In this document: in pieces, positions 57,204 to 64,000 of the stretch
Layout: the number at the start of each line of letters is the position of its first letter
Position numbering within the stretch: position 1 is the stretch's first letter
From: Acidiferrobacterales bacterium
GTDB lineage: Bacteria > Pseudomonadota > Gammaproteobacteria > Acidiferrobacterales > SPGG2
Reading direction: 5' to 3'
DNA length: 64,000 bases
Assembly (NCBI GenBank): GCA_046758085.1
Contig: JBHHZP010000001.1
Location: 3,471 to 67,470, forward strand
The notes under the pieces: generated by a model
Database searches by the model: none
Seen by the model: the letters and a program-made list of their open reading frames with translations, nothing else
Told to the model about the DNA's origin: nothing
Translations under genes and position numbers: made by a program

Positions 57204-60200
57204 ATGTACGCCTCACCCACACAACCTGCGGGGCTCTACCACCCGGAGTTCGAACACGACGGCTGTGGCTTCGGCCTGATTGCGCATATGGATGGTCAGA
57301 GCAGTCATTGGCTGGTGTCCACCGCCATCGCCTCGCTCGCGCGCCTGACACACCGGGGTGCGATCGCTGCTGACGGCAAGACCGGCGACGGCTGCGGCCT
57401 TTTATTAAAGAAACCTGAGAGCTTCCTGCGCCAGGTTGCGGCCGAGCAGGGAATCAGGCTGAGTCCGTGCTACGCCGTAGGCATGGTGTTCCTGCACCCT
57501 GATACCAGGCCCGCCGGCACGGCGCGCCAACGCCTGGAAGAAGAGCTGGCGGCAGAGGGTCTCGTCGTATGCGGCTGGCGGCCTGTACCCACGGATCCCG
57601 ATGCCTGCGGTGCGGAGGCATTGAAGAGCATGCCGCACATCGAGCAGGTTTTCGTCAACGCGCCCGAGTATATGGACGAGGCTGCGTTCGAGCGCCATCT
57701 CTATATAGCGCGGCGGCGCTGCGAAAAAGCGATCGAGGGCGATGACGGGTTCTTCTACGTCGCGAGCCTGTCTAGCCGCGTGGTCGCATATAAGGGCCTG
57801 GTGATGCCGGCAAACCTGCCGGTGTTCTACGCCGATCTCAGCGATAATCGCCTGGAATCGACCTTATGTGTGTTTCACCAGCGATTTTCCACCAATACCT
57901 GGCCGCAGTGGCGTTTGGCACAACCGTTCCGCTATCTCGCGCACAACGGTGAGATCAACACCATCCAGGGTAATCGCAGCTGGTCGATCGCACGCGGTCC
58001 GAAATTTGCGACCGAGCTGATCCCAAACTTCGAGGACGTGCTGCCACTGGTGTCCGTAACTGGCTCCGATTCGTGCAGCCTGGATAATATGCTCGAGGCG
58101 CTGTTTGCCGGTGGCATGGATATCTTTCGTGCCATGCGCATGCTGATTCCGCCGGCGTGGCAGAACGTGGAAACCATGGATCGCGATCTGCGTGCTTTCT
58201 ATGAGTACTGCTCCATGCACATGGAGCCGTGGGACGGACCAGCCGGCATCGTGCTAACAGATGGGCGTTATGCAGCGTGCGTACTGGACCGCAATGGTTT
58301 GCGCCCGGCGCGTTATGTCGTTACACGGCGCGAACCCGCCGAGGCCCCGGACCCATCGCATGAGTACGCTGGATGCGTGATCACGTTGGCGACCGAGGTG
58401 GGTGTGTATGACTACGCCCCGCAAGACGTCATCACCAAGGGGCGATTGAAGCCAGGCCAGATGTTCGCCGCTGACACCGTCACCGGCAAACTGCTGCTGC
58501 CGCGCGACATCGATCAATTGTTGAAGACACGCAAACCCTACAAGCGTTGGCTCCGGGCCCACGCCAAACGTCTGGAGGCGAGCCTGGTCGAGGAAGAGTC
58601 CTGCAGCGTGGCCATGGAACCCGAGGGCCTGGCGGTCTACCAGAAAATGTTTCAGGTCACCTTCGAGGAGCGCGACCAGATCCTGCGCGTGCTTGCCGAG
58701 TCCGGGCTGGAGGCCGTGGGTTCCATGGGTGACGACACGCCGTTGCCGGTGCTGTCGAAAAAGGTGCGCCCACTGTATGAGTATTTCCGGCAACAGTTCG
58801 CACAGGTCACCAATCCCCCGATAGACCCGTTGCGCGAGCAGATTGTCATGTCGCTGGAGACCTGCTTCGGGCGCGAGCACAACCTGTTCGAGGAAACCCC
58901 CGAGCACGCCGCCCGCCTGGTGGTGGATTCTCCGGTACTCTCGGCGAGCAAGTTCAACCGCTTGCTGGCACTGACGGATCCGCATTACGCCCATGAAATC
59001 ATCGACCTGAATTACCCAGAGGCCACCAGCCTGCGCGACGCGATCGAGGCGATGTGTGTTCAGGCAATTGCCGCGGTGCGCGCCGGCAAGACCATAATCG
59101 TGTTTTCTGACCGCGAGATCGCGCCCGACAAACTTCCAATGCATCCACTGCTCGCCACCGGTGCCCTGCATCACCGTCTGGTGCGCGAGCGCTTGCGCTG
59201 TGATGCCAACATTGTGGTCGAGACGGCTACGGCGCGCGACCCGCACCATTTTGCCGTGCTGATCGGTTACGGTGCCACGGCGGTGTGCCCCTACCTTGCT
59301 TATGACTGTCTGCGCGACATGATCCGCAGCGGCGAGATTGGGGCGAAAGACGCGGTTCGGGTCATGCATACCTACCGTAAGGGGATTAACAAAGGCCTCT
59401 ATAAGATTATCTCGAAGATGGGTATATCCACTGTCGACAGCTATCGTGGTGCCCAGCTGTTCGAGGCGGTCGGTTTGCATAGTGAGGTGACTGATCTGTG
59501 TTTTCAAGGAACGACTTGCCGTGTGGGGGGGAGCACTTTTGAGGACTTGCATAAGGACCAGCAGATGTTGGCGCGCGATGCATGGAACCCGCGCAAGGTG
59601 ATCGCTCAGGGTGGCGTGCTCAAGTTCATTCACGGCGGCGAGTACCATGCTTTTAACCCCGACGTGGTGGCGGCCTTGCATGAAGCCGTACGTTCCAATG
59701 ACTACGAGAAATATCGCGAGTTCGCGCAACTGGTGAATTATCGCGAGCCGATGGTCTTGCGCGACCTGTTGGCGCTGCGCCCCAACGCGGACCCCGTCCC
59801 GATTGATGAGGTCGAGCCGGTCGAGGCCATCTTGCCGCGCTTCGACTCTGCCGGCATGTCGCTGGGTGCGCTGTCGCCCGAGGCCCATGAGACATTGGCC
59901 GAGGCCATGAACCGGCTCGGGGCGCGCTCCAACTCGGGCGAAGGCGGTGAGGATCCCAAGCGCTACGGCACCGAGCGCAGCTCAAAGATCAAACAGGTCG
60001 CCTCCGGGCGTTTCGGCGTCACGCCGACATACCTGGTCAACGCCGAGGTGCTGCAGATCAAGATTGCGCAGGGGGCAAAGCCCGGGGAGGGCGGCCAGCT
60101 ACCGGGTCACAAGGTCAATGAGATGATCGCTCGCCTGCGATATGCCCGCCCCGGCGTGGCGTTGATCTCGCCGCCCCCGCACCACGACATCTACTCGATC

Positions 60201-61715
60201 GAGGACCTGGCGCAGCTGATATTCGATCTCAAGCAGGTGAATCCGAAGGCGCTGGTGTCGGTGAAGCTGGTGGCCGGCCCGGGCGTGGGCACCATCGCCG
60301 CCGGTGTCACCAAGGCCTATGCCGATCTGATCACCATTGCCGGGTATGACGGCGGCACCGGCGCGAGTCCGCTGACATCAATCAAGTATGCCGGCACGCC
60401 GTGGGAGCTCGGGCTTAGTGAAACTCATCAGATACTGCGCGCCAATGGGCTGCGCGGCAAGGTGCGCGTGCAAACCGATGGCGGTCTCAAGACCGGCCTG
60501 GATGTGATCAAGGCGGCCGCGCTGGGCGCGGAAAGCTTTGGTTTTGGCACGGCGCCCATGGTCTCTATGGGCTGCAAGTATCTGCGCATCTGCCACTTGA
60601 ATAACTGCGCGACCGGGGTTGCCACACAGAACAATGTGCTGCGCCTAGGCCACTTCAAGGGCGACGTGCAGATGATCATGAACTACTTTCGCTTCGTCGC
60701 GCAGGAGGTACGCGAGTGGATGGCTCGGCTAGGCGTGCGGCACTTCGAGGAGCTGATCGGGCGCACCGATCTCCTCAGTGTGATAGAGGGCCGGACCGCG
60801 AAGCAACAGCGCCTCGACCTGGGCCCCATCCTGGCGAACGGTGGCGTGGCCGCCGACAAGCCGCAGTTCTGTCAGGTAGCGCGCAACCAGCCTTTCGACA
60901 AGGGTGAGCTCGCCGAGCAAATGGTGCGCGACGCGCTCCCGGCGATCGAGCAGAAACTGGGCGGTGAGTTCTGCTACGAGATTCGCAATGTCGATCGATC
61001 CATCGGGGCACGGCTGTCGGGCGAAATCGCGACACGGCACGGAGATCACGGCATGACGGACGCGCCCATCACGATTCGGCTGCGGGGTACGGCCGGGCAG
61101 AGCTTCGGGGTGTGGAATGCCGGTGGGTTGCAGATGGTGCTCGAAGGCGATGCCAACGACTACGTCGGCAAGGGCATGACCGGTGGCAAGCTCGTCATCT
61201 ACCCGCCGCCGGGGAGCGCATTCAACAGCAACGAGGCGGCCATCATCGGAAACACCTGCCTGTATGGCGCTACCGGCGGCAAGCTGTTTGCGTCTGGAAT
61301 TGCCGGTGAACGCTTTGCTGTGCGCAACTCGGGTGCGCACGCAGTGGTCGAGGGCGTCGGTGATCATGGCTGCGAGTATATGACCGGCGGTGTTGTCACC
61401 GTGCTTGGGCGCACGGGCTTTAACTTTGCCGCGGGCATGACCGGCGGGTTCGCCTTCGTCCTGGATCAGGCGAATACCTTTGTCGACAACTACAATCACG
61501 AGCTGGTTGACATCCATCGCGTCACCACCGAGAGCATGGAAGCACATCGTAATTATCTGCGGCGACTGATTATGGAGTTCGTGGCGGAGACCGAAAGCGC
61601 GTGGGGCCAGACGATACTCGATGATTTCTACGACTTTGTCGGCAGATTCTGGCTGATCAAGCCTGTGGCAGCCGACCTCGACACGCTCCTCGATACGCTA
61701 CAGGAAGCGGCGTGA
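57204..61715 (+). CDS. gltB: Glutamate synthase large subunit, 1503 aa
   Basis: Ntn-amidotransferase Cys ([11 protein letters not shown]), plus central, FMN/3Fe-4S and GXGXG C-terminal domains, with typical length. Confidence 0.95.
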   Translation: MYASPTQPAGLYHPEFEHDGCGFGLIAHMDGQSSHWLVSTAIASLARLTHRGAIAADGKTGDGCGLLLKKPESFLRQVAAEQGIRLSPCYAVGMVFLHPDTRPAGTARQRLEEELAAEGLVVCGWRPVPTDPDACGAEALKSMPHIEQVFVNAPEYMDEAAFERHLYIARRRCEKAIEGDDGFFYVASLSSRVVAYKGLVMPANLPVFYADLSDNRLESTLCVFHQRFSTNTWPQWRLAQPFRYLAHNGEINTIQGNRSWSIARGPKFATELIPNFEDVLPLVSVTGSDSCSLDNMLEALFAGGMDIFRAMRMLIPPAWQNVETMDRDLRAFYEYCSMHMEPWDGPAGIVLTDGRYAACVLDRNGLRPARYVVTRREPAEAPDPSHEYAGCVITLATEVGVYDYAPQDVITKGRLKPGQMFAADTVTGKLLLPRDIDQLLKTRKPYKRWLRAHAKRLEASLVEEESCSVAMEPEGLAVYQKMFQVTFEERDQILRVLAESGLEAVGSMGDDTPLPVLSKKVRPLYEYFRQQFAQVTNPPIDPLREQIVMSLETCFGREHNLFEETPEHAARLVVDSPVLSASKFNRLLALTDPHYAHEIIDLNYPEATSLRDAIEAMCVQAIAAVRAGKTIIVFSDREIAPDKLPMHPLLATGALHHRLVRERLRCDANIVVETATARDPHHFAVLIGYGATAVCPYLAYDCLRDMIRSGEIGAKDAVRVMHTYRKGINKGLYKIISKMGISTVDSYRGAQLFEAVGLHSEVTDLCFQGTTCRVGGSTFEDLHKDQQMLARDAWNPRKVIAQGGVLKFIHGGEYHAFNPDVVAALHEAVRSNDYEKYREFAQLVNYREPMVLRDLLALRPNADPVPIDEVEPVEAILPRFDSAGMSLGALSPEAHETLAEAMNRLGARSNSGEGGEDPKRYGTERSSKIKQVASGRFGVTPTYLVNAEVLQIKIAQGAKPGEGGQLPGHKVNEMIARLRYARPGVALISPPPHHDIYSIEDLAQLIFDLKQVNPKALVSVKLVAGPGVGTIAAGVTKAYADLITIAGYDGGTGASPLTSIKYAGTPWELGLSETHQILRANGLRGKVRVQTDGGLKTGLDVIKAAALGAESFGFGTAPMVSMGCKYLRICHLNNCATGVATQNNVLRLGHFKGDVQMIMNYFRFVAQEVREWMARLGVRHFEELIGRTDLLSVIEGRTAKQQRLDLGPILANGGVAADKPQFCQVARNQPFDKGELAEQMVRDALPAIEQKLGGEFCYEIRNVDRSIGARLSGEIATRHGDHGMTDAPITIRLRGTAGQSFGVWNAGGLQMVLEGDANDYVGKGMTGGKLVIYPPPGSAFNSNEAAIIGNTCLYGATGGKLFASGIAGERFAVRNSGAHAVVEGVGDHGCEYMTGGVVTVLGRTGFNFAAGMTGGFAFVLDQANTFVDNYNHELVDIHRVTTESMEAHRNYLRRLIMEFVAETESAWGQTILDDFYDFVGRFWLIKPVAADLDTLLDTLQEAA

Positions 61716-61725
61716 AGACCGCGAG

Positions 61726-63240
<1,515 letters not shown>

Positions 63241-63250
63241 AAAAACATCT

Positions 63251-63373
63251 AACGCAGAGGCGCAAAGAAACGATTTGGTATTTCTAATCTTGATCAGGGC
63301 GTTAAATTAACAGTGCGTCTTTCGCATTTAATTCACGATTTCTTTTCTTGTTCACTGTGCGCGCCTTCGCGTT
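63251..63373. repeat. Imperfect long palindromic (MITE-like) element in the gltD-hemE spacer
   Basis: The left end aacgcagaggcgc matches the reverse complement of the right end gcgccttcgcgtt in 11 of 13 positions. Inner aaagaaacgatt / acgatttcttt partly pair. The motif cgcagag..gcaaaga is shared with the 44283 element. Confidence 0.45.
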
Positions 63374-63386
63374 GGAAGTTTTTCTC

Positions 63387-64000
63387 ATGACGGAGCTGAA
63401 AAATGATCGCCTGCTACGCGCCCTCGCACGCCAATCCGTCGATGTGACGCCGGTGTGGATCATGCGCCAGGCGGGCCGCTATCTTCCGGAGTACCGCGCC
63501 ATCCGGGAGAAGGCAGGCGATTTTCTTACGCTGTGCACGACGCCCGAGCTCGCCTGTGAGGTGACGCTCCAGCCCGTCGACCGTTTTCCGCTCGACGCGG
63601 CGATCTTGTTCTCCGATATCCTGACCATCCCGAACGCCATGGGTCTCGGTTTGTATTTTGTCGAGGGCGAGGGGCCGCGGTTCGAGCGCCCCGTGCGCAC
63701 CCAACGCGATGTGGCAGCACTCGCGATCCCGGACCCCGAGGCCGAGCTGCGCTATGTTATCGATACGGTGCGTCTGGTGACGCGCGCGCTCCACGGCCGG
63801 GTGCCACTGATCGGCTTCGCCGGCAGCCCGTGGACGCTGGCGACCTACATGGTCGAGGGTGGATCGACGCGGGATTTCAACCGGGTCAAAGGCCTGATGT
63901 TCGAGCAACCGCGCCTGTTGCACACCTTGCTGACGACTCTGGCGGATGTCGTCACGCAGTACTTGAATGCGCAGATCAATGCCGGGGTGCAGGCGGTCAT
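63387..64000 (+). CDS. hemE: Uroporphyrinogen decarboxylase, N-terminal part (runs off the window)
   Basis: Own translation from ATG 63387: [37 protein letters not shown]...FSDILTIP, the HemE signature. Absent from the ORF track because there is no stop in the window. Confidence 0.9.
   Translation, partial: MTELKNDRLLRALARQSVDVTPVWIMRQAGRYLPEYRAIREKAGDFLTLCTTPELACEVTLQPVDRFPLDAAILFSDILTIPNAMGLGLYFVEGEGPRFERPVRTQRDVAALAIPDPEAELRYVIDTVRLVTRALHGRVPLIGFAGSPWTLATYMVEGGSTRDFNRVKGLMFEQPRLLHTLLTTLADVVTQYLNAQINAGVQAV

Noticed and set aside
58254-59888. 544-aa ORF on the minus strand inside gltB
   Set aside because: It is fully antisense to a gene with unmistakable GltB motifs. Its Arg/His/Gly/Leu-rich low-complexity translation is the usual shadow ORF of GC-rich coding DNA.

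Overview
This window is mostly conserved core chromosome of a GC-rich Gammaproteobacterium; the taxon is inferred from gene order. All family assignments come from reading the translations and from memory, since no searches were run. The syntenic housekeeping blocks are:
- trkH-trkA-ntrX-ntrY-DUF4390-rsmB-fmt ... def (minus strand)
- LysM-dprA-smg-topA-mltA
- rnd / mpl
- dsbA, tRNA-Arg(CCG), cytochrome c5, comM
- ubiK / glnK-amtB, which has a clear sigma54 promoter
- speE / speA
- argS plus a SPOR-domain gene
- a CHASE2 class III cyclase
- mrcA / pilMNOPQ
- aroK-aroB-dgt
- gltB-gltD, and the start of hemE

I saw no integrase, transposase, CRISPR array or recognisable defence island. The only accessory-looking patch is about 1.4-5.9 kb. 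It holds:
- a translationally coupled MotA/ExbB-like + ExbD-like + Pro-tailed membrane protein trio with no recognisable output domain, which is the best candidate for an uncharacterised system
- a GFA-family protein and a secreted protein of unknown function
- an orphan, C-terminally truncated encapsulated-ferritin homologue with no encapsulin shell gene
- a frameshifted duplicate of the 3' end of the trio's third gene

Other observations:
- An 18-bp perfect inverted repeat pairs the rsmB stop codon with the SD/start codon of the next gene.
- A 13/14 inverted repeat lies in the speE/speA divergent region.
- Two decayed genes are present: a Lon N-domain protein and an NHL-like protein.
- Structured ORF-free DNA splits the normally tight def-fmt and pilQ-aroK junctions.
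- A dispersed intergenic repeat family and several MITE-like palindromic elements occur in intergenic regions.
- An inverted partial copy of the tRNA-Arg T-arm lies next to the tRNA gene.
- PilO has a poly-Lys/Arg tail.

The ORF track translates TTG and GTG starts as M. I re-picked several start codons and flag them in the evidence fields.
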